This document shows positions 25,768-36,595 of a DNA stretch of 43,493 bases, in pieces. The notes under the pieces are model-generated. The model was not told where the DNA came from. It made no database searches and saw only the letters and a list, made by a program, of their open reading frames with translations. How positions within the stretch are numbered: the stretch's first letter is position 1; every line of letters begins with the position of its first letter. The stretch is from NCBI GenBank assembly GCA_049317445.1, contig JBMOIG010000023.1:1-43493 (forward strand), read 5' to 3'. The DNA comes from Myxococcota bacterium (lineage in GTDB: Bacteria > Myxococcota_A > UBA9042). A program made the translations under genes and the position numbers.

Positions 25768-28233
25768 CTACTGCCGAATCCACACCATCGTCACGCCCTC
25801 ACCGCCTTCGCCGCGGATGCCGATGCGGAAGCGGTCGACCTGCGGATGCTTGCGCAGATGCTGGCGAACGGCCTCGCGGACGGCCCCCGTGCCCATGCCG
25901 TGGATGACGCAGATGCCCGGGGCGTTGGTGACGGTGGCGCGGTCCAAGGCGCGGTCGACCTCCCGCAGCGCTTCGTCCACACGGTGGCCGCGTAGGTCGA
26001 TGGTGCGATCTGAGGTGCGCAGGGCCTGCGTGTCCTCGTCGTCGGTGGCCTGCAGCATGTCCACGGCGTCGGGCGTGACCTGACGGGCGGTGGCGGGCAG
26101 CGGGCGGATCCCGGTTGGCGGGGCCGGGCGTGGCGGGGATTTCTGCGGCGCGCCCTTGTCGGTCCCGGCAAGCTCGCGCAAGTCCGCTTCGCCGCACCAT
26201 TGTTCCAGACTGCCGGCGCGCACGCGGTAGCGGCGGTTGCGCGTGTCCACTTCGGTGACGACCACCGCGCGGTTCAGCGTCTCGAGCCAGACCGACGAGT
26301 CCACCTTGGTCTTCTGTGGATCCAACGGCTTGCGCTGTGGCTTGCCCTCGCGAACCTCGCGGGCCTGTCGCTCCAGTCGCTCCAGCTCGACCTGACGCGC
26401 CGACAGGGTGCGGGCCGCGTCCTCGATGCGTTTCCGGTCGCCCTCGCGTCCCGCTCGCTTGGCATCCTCGAGATCCCGAAGCGCGGCGGACACTTGCTCC
26501 AGCGCACCAGCGGCCGCCTTCTCGATGCGCCGCTCAGCCGCGACCGCCTCGTTGCGCCGCTGGTCGTCCAAGGCTGCGCGCGACCGGTCCAGCTGATGCT
26601 GCTGCTTCTCGATCTCCAGCAGCCGTTCCTGCACTTGGTGGCGCATGTCCTCCAGCCGCTGCAGGGTCTGCGCCACTTCGCTGCCGCCGCCGCCCGCCAG
26701 ACGCGTGGCGCGCTCGACCACCGATGCGGGCAGACCCAGCCGCCCGGCCAGCGCCAGTGGGTTGGACGAGCCGATCTGTCCCATTCGCAAGCGGTAATTG
26801 GGGGCCAGCGAGCGAGAGTCCAGGTCCAGCGCCGCGTTTTCGAACACCGGATCGCGCACGGGCAGCAGCTTCAGCGCCTCGAAGTGCGTCGTCACCAGAC
26901 CCACACACGGCGTCGGGTGGTTGCCCAGGTACTCCAGTAGCGCCGTCGCGAGCGCGCTGCCTGCGATGGGTTCGGTGCCACTGGCGAGCTCGTCCAGCAG
27001 AATCAGGACGTTGCGGTTGCCGGCACCGTCCAACGCCCGCGCTGCTCGCTGCACCGCGCGCAAGTGGCCCTCAAACGTGGACAGCCCGGCCTCGACGTCC
27101 TGCGCGTCGCCCAACACGACCTCGACGGCGTCGAACCACGGGATCTGCGTGTCCGGCCCGGTCGTGACGTACAACCCCAGACGCGACATCTCGATCGCCA
27201 GGCCCACCGTCGACAGCACGACGGTCTTGCCGCCGCCGTTGGGACCACTGACGATCAGCCACCGTGCGGGAGGGGCCACGTCCACGCTGTTCGCCACCAC
27301 CTGCACGCCGTCCAGCACCAACAGAGGGTGACGCCCACGGTCGATGAACACCCTGCCATTGTTCGAGAATCGCGGACGGTGGGCGTCGAGACGCGCGGCC
27401 AGCCGGGCCTGCGCCAGCACCACGTCGAGGGCCGCCAGACGTTCTGCCGCATCCAGAAAATCGTCGGACTGACCGGCGACCAGCCCCGTCAACTCTGCAA
27501 GAATTCTACGTTCTTCCCGCCGCACCGCCTCGATCGCCAGCGACAACTGGTTGTTGCCCTCGACCATCTCTGGTGGCTCGACGTACACCGTTTGACCAGT
27601 CTGCGACGTGCCGTGGATGACGCCGCCCAGCACCCGCTTGTCGCTGGACTTCACGGGCAGGACGTACCGATCGTCGCGCAGCGTGTAGTACTCATCCTGC
27701 AGCAGCCCTTGCTCGTCGGTTTCCTTGACCAATTCACCGATCCGGCGGCGCAGGCGGCTGGCGATGGACAGCACCTCGGCGCGCAGACGGGCCAGTTCAG
27801 GGCTGGCGGAGTCGAGGATGTGCCCCTCGTCGTCGATGGAGTCGGCCAGCAGGGTGGCCAGCAGGCCCAGATCCGGCAGATCGGCCACGTCACTGCGCAA
27901 CCGCTGCACCTGCATCGGCCAGGTCCGGGGCTGCCGCACCAGCCGCGCCGTCGTGCCCGCCAGCTTGGAAATCACGGCAAGTTCAAGGCCATCCAGTACG
28001 CCACCGCGCTGTCCGTGCGCCAGCAGGTCGGCGACTTCCAGACGCGGGCAGAGGGGGATCACCGCTCCCGAGTCGTGCAGCACGGTGGCCTCGCCAATGC
28101 GATCCAGCCTGCCCTCGGCCTCGAGCATGTCGCGGGCAAACGGCAGTTCGGCGGCGCGGCGGGCACCCAAATCAGTCTGGCAAAGGCTGGCCAGGGTCTT
28201 GAGGACGCGTTGGAGGCGCAGTGGGTCGTTCAT
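25768..28233 (-). CDS. mutS2: Endonuclease MutS2 (MutS domain ATPase with C-terminal Smr domain)
   Basis: 821 aa. Walker A IVSGPNGGGKTV, MutS signature, long coiled-coil region and a C-terminal Smr (IDLRGHRVDEALREVDRALDRA...VIHGMGTGAVREAV). Confidence 0.9.
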   Translation of the reverse strand: MNDPLRLQRVLKTLASLCQTDLGARRAAELPFARDMLEAEGRLDRIGEATVLHDSGAVIPLCPRLEVADLLAHGQRGGVLDGLELAVISKLAGTTARLVRQPRTWPMQVQRLRSDVADLPDLGLLATLLADSIDDEGHILDSASPELARLRAEVLSIASRLRRRIGELVKETDEQGLLQDEYYTLRDDRYVLPVKSSDKRVLGGVIHGTSQTGQTVYVEPPEMVEGNNQLSLAIEAVRREERRILAELTGLVAGQSDDFLDAAERLAALDVVLAQARLAARLDAHRPRFSNNGRVFIDRGRHPLLVLDGVQVVANSVDVAPPARWLIVSGPNGGGKTVVLSTVGLAIEMSRLGLYVTTGPDTQIPWFDAVEVVLGDAQDVEAGLSTFEGHLRAVQRAARALDGAGNRNVLILLDELASGTEPIAGSALATALLEYLGNHPTPCVGLVTTHFEALKLLPVRDPVFENAALDLDSRSLAPNYRLRMGQIGSSNPLALAGRLGLPASVVERATRLAGGGGSEVAQTLQRLEDMRHQVQERLLEIEKQQHQLDRSRAALDDQRRNEAVAAERRIEKAAAGALEQVSAALRDLEDAKRAGREGDRKRIEDAARTLSARQVELERLERQAREVREGKPQRKPLDPQKTKVDSSVWLETLNRAVVVTEVDTRNRRYRVRAGSLEQWCGEADLRELAGTDKGAPQKSPPRPAPPTGIRPLPATARQVTPDAVDMLQATDDEDTQALRTSDRTIDLRGHRVDEALREVDRALDRATVTNAPGICVIHGMGTGAVREAVRQHLRKHPQVDRFRIGIRGEGGEGVTMVWIRQ

Positions 28234-28382
28234 GGGCTCCAGGGGCCGGTCGGCGCATCCGGCGCGATCTTCGTGCCTTGCCGGGGGGGCGGCCGCCTTC
28301 TATCATCTGTCGGCTCAGGCGTGAACGGGGCCACTGCCCATCTCGAACGGATCCGTGACGGCCTGTCCAACGGGGACGACAC

Positions 28383-31037
28383 ATGACCACAGAGCCGAAC
28401 TCCGCGGAACAGAACCCGATGCGCCGCACCTGGTCGGAGTTCCGCGACGCGCGTCGCGAATTGACGACCCTGCTGGGCGTGCCCGTGCCGTTCGTCGGTC
28501 GCCGTGCTGAGGTCGAGGCGCTGTACAACATCGTCCGCGAGTCGCTGAACAAGCGGCAGATGGGCGCGGCGTGGGTCTACGGCCCGTCCGGTGTGGGAAA
28601 GACCAGACTGCTGAATGAGTTGGAGCGTGCCGTCAGCCCCGATCGCCGTGGCGTGGGCTGGTACCGCGTCGTGGTCGGCAAAGAGCTCGCTGGGCCGCCC
28701 ACGCTGGCAGGACGTTTACTGCTGGAGTTGCTTGGCGGTCCGCACGTGCTGCGCATGCCCGATCCTTGGCAGTTCGTGAAAGAGCGGCTCTCGGCCGTGG
28801 TCGGTGCCCAAGCGGCGGAGTGCATGGAGGCGGTGGCGCCGCTGCTGGGGTTGCGCGGGCAGGAGGGCAGTGAGGAAGAAGAGGCCCTGCGCCAGCGCGA
28901 GGCGCCCCACCACGTCGCGGTGCAGTTCGTCGGCAGCCTGCTGCGGCACCGCGGCAAGCAGGGTCCCTTCGTCCTGCAGGTCGATGCCTCTTACCACGAC
29001 GACGAGGAGCTGCAGATCCTGCTGTCCGGTCTGTGCGACACGCTGGCCCACTCGCCCGCCACGTTGCTGGTCGAGGCCCGCCGACCGCCACCCGAGGGCG
29101 TCGCCATCCGCGCCTGGCGTGTGGACCCGCTGGATGTCGAGTCGATGCAGGCGCTTGCGAAACACCTGAGCAAGCGCGTGCGGGGCGCTCCTGCAGACCT
29201 TTCGGAGCAGCTGCAGGCCGAGGCAGACGGCAATCCGGAGCGGATGATCGACAAGATGCGCGGCATGATCGCCGCGGGCGAAGTGGTGTCGACGGACGGC
29301 GCCTGGACCTTTCGCGACCAGGCACCGCGTGTCGAGGCGCCGGCGCGGCGCACCCCTGCGACAGGGACGTCCGGCAACACCTTGCCCGACCGCATTGCCA
29401 GACTTCCCAATGACTTGCACGAAGTCATCGACGCGGCCGCCATCTTCGGCCCGGTCACCTGGTTCGGCGGCATCCTCTCTGTGCTGCGGGGCGGGCGCCA
29501 TGAACCGTCCGAGAGCCTGTCGGAACGCGACCGCGTCAGCCTGAAAGCGTCGATGATGCAGCTGCAGGCGATCGACGTGCTGGTGTTCGTCGAGAACCCG
29601 AAGATGACGCGCGAGCTCGAGTTCGCGTTTGCCTTCCCCACCGACCCTGCGGCAATTCTGGCTGAGATGCCGTACGAAAAGCGCAGTCTGTACGCGCGTT
29701 TGGCGGCGCAGTGGCTGGGAAGTCGGCCGCGGCAGGACCCGGTCGGCGACACCGCGCGCATCGCCGAGCTGTACGAGCAGGGCGGCCGCAACCGGCAAGC
29801 GGCGGCGCTGTACATGGAAGCGGGCAACGCGGCGCGCACCGTGGGGCAGCTGCAGCGGGCGCTGGCGCTGTACGACTCTGGTGCAAGGACCGCCGGTCCC
29901 GACGACGCCGACCTGGCGTGTGATGTGCGAACTGCGCACGGTGGAAGCCTTTTGCGCCTGAGCCGCCACCGAGAGGCCGAGCCGGTGCTGCTGGACGCGC
30001 TGCACATGGCGCGCTGCCTGGACGATGACTTGCGCTGCGGCATCGTGCAGCTGCGGGTGGCGCAGGTGGCCCGCGTGTCGGGGCGGTATGAGGCGGCAAC
30101 GTCGTTTCTGGAGGGCGCGCTGAAGCACCTGCGGGTGGCGGGCGCACACCGCTGGATCGCCGACGTCAGCGACGAGCTGGGCGTGATCACACTGGTTCGT
30201 GGCGAGCCGGATGCCTACAAAAACGCGCTGGCCCACTTCCTGAAGGCGCTGGCGCTGCGGCGGCGATCGGAGGATCGGCGCGTGGTGGCCCGCTCCCTGT
30301 GCAATATCGCGAGGGTGCACATGGGCCGTGGCCATTTCACGGATGCGGTGGAGGCCGTCCACGAAGCCGTGCAGATCTGCGAGCAGATCCAGGACCGCTG
30401 GGGTGCCGCCGCGGCGCGGACGGTGCAGGGCGAGGTGCTGGCCGCGTCGGGCAAGCACAAGCAGGCGCTGCAGAGCTGGGAGGTGGCGACCGGTCTGGCC
30501 AGTGAGATCGGCGACCCGAGTCGGCGTGTCGAGCTGGTCGTCCTGCAGGCCGAGGTTCACATCGCCTTGGGCGACTGGCAGCACGCAGCGGCGCTCATGC
30601 TGGACGCCTTGGAGCAGGCCAGAGAGATCAACGATCCCGAGCTGTTGTCGGGCATCCACCGGGTGCAGGCGGCCATCTCGTTGGAGCGGGATGCGCTGGA
30701 GACGGCCGACCTCGACAGCGAGCGTGCGGTGCAGGTGGCGCGCGACAGCGGGGCGCGGCTGCAGGTGGCGCGGGCGCTGCTGGTGCGCGGCTGTGTGCTG
30801 GGCACCCGCGCGATGGCGGACAAGGGTGCGCGAGCGACTGTGACCGACCGCAAGTCCACAGAGTGCTTCGAGGAAGGGCTGAACATCCTGCGCGAGGTCG
30901 GCGACATCGTCGGGCTGGCCGTCGGGTTGCGGTCCTACTTGAGCTATCTGACCCGACGGGGTGGCGGGCCCCGGCACAGCGCCGTCCAGCACCGACTGCG
31001 CGAGGTAGAGGCAGAGATCGCCAGAGTCGCCGGGTAG
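28383..31037 (+). CDS. AAA+/STAND-like NTPase with C-terminal TPR repeat array (no recognisable effector or DNA-binding domain)
   Basis: Walker [12 protein letters not shown] near residue 65 and Walker [15 protein letters not shown]. The C-terminal 500 aa carry repeated TPR-like helices ([24 protein letters not shown]..., [23 protein letters not shown]...). Divergent from mutS2. Confidence 0.8.
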   Translation: MTTEPNSAEQNPMRRTWSEFRDARRELTTLLGVPVPFVGRRAEVEALYNIVRESLNKRQMGAAWVYGPSGVGKTRLLNELERAVSPDRRGVGWYRVVVGKELAGPPTLAGRLLLELLGGPHVLRMPDPWQFVKERLSAVVGAQAAECMEAVAPLLGLRGQEGSEEEEALRQREAPHHVAVQFVGSLLRHRGKQGPFVLQVDASYHDDEELQILLSGLCDTLAHSPATLLVEARRPPPEGVAIRAWRVDPLDVESMQALAKHLSKRVRGAPADLSEQLQAEADGNPERMIDKMRGMIAAGEVVSTDGAWTFRDQAPRVEAPARRTPATGTSGNTLPDRIARLPNDLHEVIDAAAIFGPVTWFGGILSVLRGGRHEPSESLSERDRVSLKASMMQLQAIDVLVFVENPKMTRELEFAFAFPTDPAAILAEMPYEKRSLYARLAAQWLGSRPRQDPVGDTARIAELYEQGGRNRQAAALYMEAGNAARTVGQLQRALALYDSGARTAGPDDADLACDVRTAHGGSLLRLSRHREAEPVLLDALHMARCLDDDLRCGIVQLRVAQVARVSGRYEAATSFLEGALKHLRVAGAHRWIADVSDELGVITLVRGEPDAYKNALAHFLKALALRRRSEDRRVVARSLCNIARVHMGRGHFTDAVEAVHEAVQICEQIQDRWGAAAARTVQGEVLAASGKHKQALQSWEVATGLASEIGDPSRRVELVVLQAEVHIALGDWQHAAALMLDALEQAREINDPELLSGIHRVQAAISLERDALETADLDSERAVQVARDSGARLQVARALLVRGCVLGTRAMADKGARATVTDRKSTECFEEGLNILREVGDIVGLAVGLRSYLSYLTRRGGGPRHSAVQHRLREVEAEIARVAG

Positions 31038-31078
31038 TTCGCAAACACCACTGGTCACGTCTGCCCCTGCGTGCTGCG

Positions 31079-33430
31079 ATGGGTGTTCGTCGCACTGACG
31101 CCGGAGGCATCGTGAACTGGACCCCGCACCCGGGCTCGCTGCCCGCCCCCCGCGACCTGCAGGCGCAGCTAGAAGCCGCGCTCGCCGCGCTGCCCCCGAA
31201 CCACGCGCCGCGCACCCGTCACTACGCCGGGGCCGACCGACGCTCGCAAGGCACCGCGGTGACGCACGACAGTCCGTATGCCCCCGCGGGCGCGCAGCCG
31301 ACGTACACCAACCGCCTGATTTTGCAGACAAGTCCCTACCTGCGCCAGCACGCCCACAATCCCGTCGACTGGCGGCCTTGGGGGCCTGAGGCGTTCGACG
31401 AAGCCCGCGAGCTGAACCGCCCCGTGTTTCTGAGCGTGGGCTACGCGACCTGCCACTGGTGTCACGTGATGGAGCACGAGAGCTTCGAGGACCTGGACGT
31501 CGCCCGCGTGCTCAACGAGCGCTATGTGCCGATCAAGGTCGACCGCGAAGAGCGTCCAGACGTCGATGCCGTGCACATGGCTGCTGTCCACGCCATGCAG
31601 GGTCACGGCGGCTGGCCGATGAACGTGTGGCTGGCGCCGCTGCCGGTCGAGGCGGGCGGCGGGGCCGTCGGGCTGCCCTTCTTTGCCGGCACGTACTTTC
31701 CGCCCCACGACGGCGTGCGGGGGCAGACCCGCGGCCTGCACGAAGTCGCCACGCAGCTTGCCGATCTCTACGCGCAGGACCCGGACCGCGTGTTCGGGCA
31801 CGGCTGGCAGGTCGCTGCGGCCGTGCGGCAGCAACTCTCGGGCGATGAACCGGGTGAGCTGGTGGGAACGCAAGCCACCGATGCCGTGGTGGAAGAGCTG
31901 AAGCGCGACTTCGATGCCGTGAGCGGCGGGCGGGGGCGGGCCCCCAAGTTCCCGTCGCAGATCCCGGTTGAAGCACTTTTGAGGCACTATTGGCGCACAG
32001 GTGATGCACAATCCCTGCACATGGCTGTCTTCACGCTGCAGCAGATGGCGGCAGGCGGCCTGTACGACCACGTCGGCGGAGGCTTCCACCGCTACAGCAC
32101 CGACGCGCGTTGGCGGGTGCCTCACTTCGAGAAGATGCTCTATGACCAAGGGCTGATCGTGCTGGCCGCGGTCGATGCTTGGCAGGTGGTGCGGGACCCG
32201 GATCTCGCTCTGGTCGTGCGCGAGACGCTCGACTACCTGTTGCGTGAGCTGCGTCACCCCGACGGCGCCTTCCACTCAGCCACCGATGCGGACAGTGAGG
32301 GGCGCGAGGGCGCGTACTTCGTCTGGACGTTGGCAGAGCTGCAGGACGTGCTGGGGCCCGACGAGGCGGCCGTTCTGGCCGATGTGTACGACGCGAGTCC
32401 GCAAGGCCACTTCGAGGGGGCCAACGTTCTGCACCGGCGCACACCGTGGCCGGAAGCGGCGGCGCGGCACGGCGTGTCGGTGGACGACCTGCAGCGACGC
32501 ACCCGAGCGAGTCTGGACCGGCTGTATGAGCGGCGTCAGACCCGGGAACCGCCGCTGCGCGACGACAAGATCCTGATGAGCTGGAACGGGTTGGCGATCT
32601 CGGCGCTGGCCCGTGCTGGCCGGGTGTTCGACGAGCCGCGCTGGGTACTGGCCGGTGAGCAAGCGGCGCACTTTCTGCTGGACCGCCTGCGGCAGGACGG
32701 GCGTCTGCTGCGGTCGTGGTTGGACGGGCCGTCGCGCACCTGGGCGTTCCTGGACGATTACGCCTTTCTGATTCAAGCGTTGCTGGATCTGTTCGAGGCG
32801 ACCTCGGCCGTGCAATGGCTTCGCAAGGCGCTGGAGCTGCAAGCGACGCAGGACCGCCACCATTGGGACCCGGAGCGCGGGGGCTACTTCGCGACGCCCG
32901 ACGACGGCGAGCACGGTCTGGTCCGCGTGCGGCCCGACCAGGACGGCGCGGAGCCGTGCGGCAACTCGGTCGCAGCGCTGAATCTGGTGCGTTTGGCGGC
33001 CCTGACCGGCGACGAGCGTTGGCACCAGCGGGCTGGGCAGACACTGCAGGCGTTCGGTGAGCGTTTGGCAGACATGCCCGGAGCGCTGGCTGAGATGCTG
33101 CTGGCGGTCGAGGCGTGGCACGCGCCGATGCAGGAGGTCGTGCTGGTGTGGCCCAAGGGCAGCGACCAGTCGACGCTCGGGCCGTTCCTGACCGCGCTGC
33201 GCGACACCTTTGCGCCGCATCGCGTGGTGATGATGGCGCAGGAAGGCGAGGGGATTCGAGCGCTTGCAGAGGTGGCCCCGTCGGTCGCCGAGCGAGTGGC
33301 GCTGCACGGCCTGGCCACGGCGTACGTCTGCCGACAGGGCGCGTGCGAGCTGCCCACGGTCGACCCGAGGGTGCTGGTGCAGCAGCTGTGGAGAGGATGG
33401 CGCCCCGACGAGAACGCGCGCGAGCGATAG
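31079..33430 (+). CDS. Thioredoxin-domain protein of the YyaL/DUF255 family (N-terminal thioredoxin-like plus C-terminal six-hairpin glycosidase-like domain)
   Basis: [42 protein letters not shown] is the hallmark N-terminus of YyaL/SPATA20-type proteins. Start is uncertain (ATG 31079; GTG 31111 is an alternative). The ORF extension upstream of 31079 overlaps the previous gene. Confidence 0.85.
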   Translation: MGVRRTDAGGIVNWTPHPGSLPAPRDLQAQLEAALAALPPNHAPRTRHYAGADRRSQGTAVTHDSPYAPAGAQPTYTNRLILQTSPYLRQHAHNPVDWRPWGPEAFDEARELNRPVFLSVGYATCHWCHVMEHESFEDLDVARVLNERYVPIKVDREERPDVDAVHMAAVHAMQGHGGWPMNVWLAPLPVEAGGGAVGLPFFAGTYFPPHDGVRGQTRGLHEVATQLADLYAQDPDRVFGHGWQVAAAVRQQLSGDEPGELVGTQATDAVVEELKRDFDAVSGGRGRAPKFPSQIPVEALLRHYWRTGDAQSLHMAVFTLQQMAAGGLYDHVGGGFHRYSTDARWRVPHFEKMLYDQGLIVLAAVDAWQVVRDPDLALVVRETLDYLLRELRHPDGAFHSATDADSEGREGAYFVWTLAELQDVLGPDEAAVLADVYDASPQGHFEGANVLHRRTPWPEAAARHGVSVDDLQRRTRASLDRLYERRQTREPPLRDDKILMSWNGLAISALARAGRVFDEPRWVLAGEQAAHFLLDRLRQDGRLLRSWLDGPSRTWAFLDDYAFLIQALLDLFEATSAVQWLRKALELQATQDRHHWDPERGGYFATPDDGEHGLVRVRPDQDGAEPCGNSVAALNLVRLAALTGDERWHQRAGQTLQAFGERLADMPGALAEMLLAVEAWHAPMQEVVLVWPKGSDQSTLGPFLTALRDTFAPHRVVMMAQEGEGIRALAEVAPSVAERVALHGLATAYVCRQGACELPTVDPRVLVQQLWRGWRPDENARER

Positions 33431-33494
33431 GCCAAAGGGAACGGCTTGACCGCGTCAGGCGCCGACGAGAGGGGCGCCGAGCCTTGGCCTCGCC

Positions 33495-33731
33495 CTACTC
33501 TGACGGCAGCGGCTGGCCGGTGCGCGCCATGGTGTGCAGGCTGTCGGCCTTCTCCTGCATGCTGGCCAGCTTGCGGTAGAGCTGGCTGAAGTGCGGATTC
33601 TCGATGAACTTCATCAGATGGTTGCGACCCCGGAATTCCTGGGTGGTCGCGGTGTCGATGATCTCTTTGAGAATACGGATCTCGTTGCGGGTGAACGAGT
33701 TGCTGACGCGGATGATGGTCTGCTTGCTCAT
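33495..33731 (-). CDS. small hypothetical protein (78 aa)
   Basis: ATG 33731 (MSKQTIIRVSNSFTRNEIRILKEIIDTATTQEFRGRNHLMKFIENPHFSQLYRKLASMQEKADSLHTMARTGQPLPSE). The coding-like composition ends where the rest of the ORF becomes Pro/Arg-rich junk. No domain recognised. Confidence 0.45.
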   Translation of the reverse strand: MSKQTIIRVSNSFTRNEIRILKEIIDTATTQEFRGRNHLMKFIENPHFSQLYRKLASMQEKADSLHTMARTGQPLPSE

Positions 33732-33806
33732 CGTTCCTTCCTGACGGGGTGGCGGCGCGATCGCCAATAGCGGCCGGAGTGTGCACCAGGAAGCGGGCCG
33801 AGCCAA

Positions 33807-33817
33807 GGGGGGGGGGG
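33807..33817. repeat. Homopolymeric G(11)/C(11) tract in the divergent intergenic region between the small hypothetical gene and the threonine aldolase gene
   Basis: Direct reading: agccaag ggggggggggg aacc. Confidence 0.9.
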
Positions 33818-34015
33818 AACCTTCGGACCACATGCCTGCGCAACCCTTGAAAGACCATCGAGAAAGTCTCGTCAGTTGCAGGGCAAACGGGCGAAGCCGC
33901 AGCGGCCGACCCTTCGGGGCCATCGGTTTGCAAGCACTACCGCGGCAGGGACTTTCCGGCTACCGTCGCCCTTTCTGTTCCGCCGACTCGGCCGCTCTGA
34001 CTTCTGGAGGCAACC

Positions 34016-35068
34016 GTGGACCCTTTCGTCGACCTTCGCAGCGACACCGTCACCCGACCGACGCCCGCCATGAAGCAGGCGATGATGGATGCGCCCTTGG
34101 GCGACGACGTGTTCGGTGACGATCCGACGGTGCACGCGCTGGAACGCAAGGTCGCTCAGCTGTTGGGCAAAGAGGCGGCGATTCTGGTTCCCTCTGGCAC
34201 CATGGCCAACCAACTTGCCTTGCGCGTGCACCTGCGACCCGGCGAGGAGGCCATCGTCCACGCGGGCTGTCACGTTCTGAACAACGAGGGCGGCGGCGCG
34301 GCGGCGCTGTCGGGGGTGACGTTGCGGCCGCTCGACTCGGCCGACGGCGGTCTGGACCCCGGCGAGGTCGAGGCCAACCTGCATCTGGACGACGACCCGC
34401 ACCACGCGCAGACCCGCCTGATCTGTCTGGAGAATACACACAACGCGTGCGGCGGGCAGGTGTTGTCGTTTCCGGGCTTGCAGGGGGCGGCCGAGGTCGC
34501 GCGGCGCCATGGCGTTGCGATGCATCTGGACGGCGCGCGACTGCTGAATGCGCAGGTGGCGTCGGGCCGTGCGGCGCAAGAGTGGGCGGTGCCGTTCGAC
34601 ACGGTGTCGCTGTGTCTTTCCAAGGGGTTGGGGGCTCCGGTGGGCAGCGTACTGGCCGGATCGGCCGACCTGGTCGCCAAGGCGCGTCGGCATCGCAAGC
34701 AGCTGGGTGGCGGCATGCGGCAGGCGGGTATTCTGGCGGCGGCCGGTCTGTACGCGCTGGAGCATCACGTGGAGCGACTCGCCGACGACCATCGCCGTGC
34801 GCGACAGCTGGCGGAGGCCATTTCCCAAGTCCCCGGACTGACGGTTGAGCTTTGGCGGGTGCAGACCAACATCGTCTACTTCGACCTCGCCCCGGACCAT
34901 CCGCTGGCCAGGGATCCACGGGGGCGTGAGACGTTGCAGCGGCGTCTGGCTGAGCGGGGCGTGCGCATCGCAGGGGCGCCGTATCGCCTGCGCGCCGTCA
35001 CACATCTGGACGTGGACGATGCAGGAATCGATAGGGCGTGTGCGGCGTTGCGCGAGGTGATGCGTTAG
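34016..35068 (+). CDS. ltaE: Low-specificity L-threonine aldolase (PLP-dependent, beta-eliminating lyase family)
   Basis: MDPFVDLRSDTVTRPTPAMKQAMMDAPLGDDVFGDDPTV...GTMANQLAL...HLDGARLLNA...LSKGLGAPVGSVLAG are canonical threonine aldolase motifs, including the PLP-Lys. GTG start at 34016 with GGAGG 6 nt upstream. Confidence 0.85.
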   Translation: MDPFVDLRSDTVTRPTPAMKQAMMDAPLGDDVFGDDPTVHALERKVAQLLGKEAAILVPSGTMANQLALRVHLRPGEEAIVHAGCHVLNNEGGGAAALSGVTLRPLDSADGGLDPGEVEANLHLDDDPHHAQTRLICLENTHNACGGQVLSFPGLQGAAEVARRHGVAMHLDGARLLNAQVASGRAAQEWAVPFDTVSLCLSKGLGAPVGSVLAGSADLVAKARRHRKQLGGGMRQAGILAAAGLYALEHHVERLADDHRRARQLAEAISQVPGLTVELWRVQTNIVYFDLAPDHPLARDPRGRETLQRRLAERGVRIAGAPYRLRAVTHLDVDDAGIDRACAALREVMR

Positions 35069-35086
35069 TCGCCAGCCAACGACGGG

Positions 35087-36595
35087 CTAGGCGCGGCGAC
35101 GGGCGATGGCGCTCTGGAAGACCTCGATGTAGTCGCCAGCCGAGCGATCCCACGAGAAGTCCTGACGCATGCCGTTGAGCTGAATCTGCCGCCAAGAGTC
35201 GGGCGCGGTGTAGAACACGGACAGTGCGCGGTCGATCGCCGCCTGCAGGCCCGCCGTCGTGTCTTCGTGGTAGCGGAAGCCGGTGGCCTGGCCGTCGCTG
35301 ACCTGCGAAACCGGGGTCTCGACCACCGTGTCGAGCAGGCCGCCCACCGCGCGAACGATCGGCACGGTGCCATAGCGCATGGCGTACAACTGGCCGAGAC
35401 CACAAGGCTCATAGCGGCTGGGCATCAGGATGGCATCACAGCCGGCCTGCATCGCGTGCGCCAGCGAGGGCTCGTGGGCAAAGCGGACGCGTACGTTGTT
35501 GGGGAACTGGCGCTCGAGATACCGCAGCCACTCTTCCAGCGCCGCCTCGCCCTGACCCAGAACCAGCAGGCGCACTCCGCGCTGGGCGAGCCACGGGACG
35601 ATCTCGGCGACCAGATCGATGCCCTTCTGGCGGGCAAAGCGGCTGATGACGCCGAAGACGGGCGTGCGGTCCCAGGTGTCAAAGCGCGCCGACTCGAGCA
35701 GCGAGTTGCGGCAAGCGGTCTTGCCGTCGAGCGAATTGATGTCGTAATTCGCGGGGATCAGAGGGTCCGTCGACGGGTTCCACGCTTGGGTGTCCACGCC
35801 GTTCAGGATGCCGGACAGCTTGTTCTTGTGCGTCGCCAACATGCCTTCCAGTCGCTCACCGAACAGGGAGCTCTGGATCTCTTGGGCGTAGCGCGGACTG
35901 ACGGTCGTCAGCGCGTCGGTGGTGGCGATGCCGCCCTTCATCAGGTTGATGCGGCCGAAGAACTCCATCTTCTCGATGGTGTAGTGCTCCCAGCCCAGAC
36001 CGGCCACCAGCAGTTCGTGGTTCGGGAACACGCCCTGGTAGCCCAGATTGTGGATCGTCAGTACGGACGCGGCGTTGGGCAGCCGGTCGCGGTATGGCCC
36101 CGACAAGTACACGGGGATCAGCGCGGTGTGCCAATCGTGGACGTGGAAGACATCCGGAGCGCCGCCCATCAGCTCGGTCGAGCAGTCCAGCACCGCCCGG
36201 CAGAAGGTCGAGAAGCGCGCGACGTCGTCGGGATGGCCGTACAAGCCTTCCCGGTCAAAAAGCACAGGACAGTCAAAGGCATAGGTCGGCACGTCAGAGC
36301 CGGGCGCGCCCGAGCCCGTCGCCCCTGCCTGTGGCCCGAGAATCCGCAGGAAGCGGCCTTCGATGTAGTGTGGCCCCAGCCAGACGCCGCTCTTTGCGCC
36401 GGTGTCGACCAGCAGCGAGCCCGACGTCTCGACCTTGCGCTTCACCTCGCGGTAGAGCGGCAGGAACACGCTGACTTCAGCGCCGGATTCGCGAAGGGCT
36501 TGGGGCAGGGCGCCGGAGACCTCAGCGAGGCCCCCGGTCATGCACCAAGGGTAGGCTTCGGCAACGGCGTAGGCGATGCGGAGTGGTTCAGTCAT
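35087..36595 (-). CDS. glgA: Glycogen synthase (ADP-glucose-type starch/glycogen synthase)
   Basis: The N-terminus AYAVAEAYPWCMTGGLAEVSGALPQAL, the mid-region HDWHTALIP and the C-terminal GT1 domain are typical. Start overlaps the glgC stop (ATGACTGA). Confidence 0.9.
   Translation of the reverse strand: MTEPLRIAYAVAEAYPWCMTGGLAEVSGALPQALRESGAEVSVFLPLYREVKRKVETSGSLLVDTGAKSGVWLGPHYIEGRFLRILGPQAGATGSGAPGSDVPTYAFDCPVLFDREGLYGHPDDVARFSTFCRAVLDCSTELMGGAPDVFHVHDWHTALIPVYLSGPYRDRLPNAASVLTIHNLGYQGVFPNHELLVAGLGWEHYTIEKMEFFGRINLMKGGIATTDALTTVSPRYAQEIQSSLFGERLEGMLATHKNKLSGILNGVDTQAWNPSTDPLIPANYDINSLDGKTACRNSLLESARFDTWDRTPVFGVISRFARQKGIDLVAEIVPWLAQRGVRLLVLGQGEAALEEWLRYLERQFPNNVRVRFAHEPSLAHAMQAGCDAILMPSRYEPCGLGQLYAMRYGTVPIVRAVGGLLDTVVETPVSQVSDGQATGFRYHEDTTAGLQAAIDRALSVFYTAPDSWRQIQLNGMRQDFSWDRSAGDYIEVFQSAIARRRA

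Noticed and set aside
33820-34015. Glycine riboswitch upstream of threonine aldolase
   Set aside because: Checked for the tandem GGAGAG...CUCUGGAGAG/ACCGAAGGGGCAA-type aptamer motifs; they are absent.
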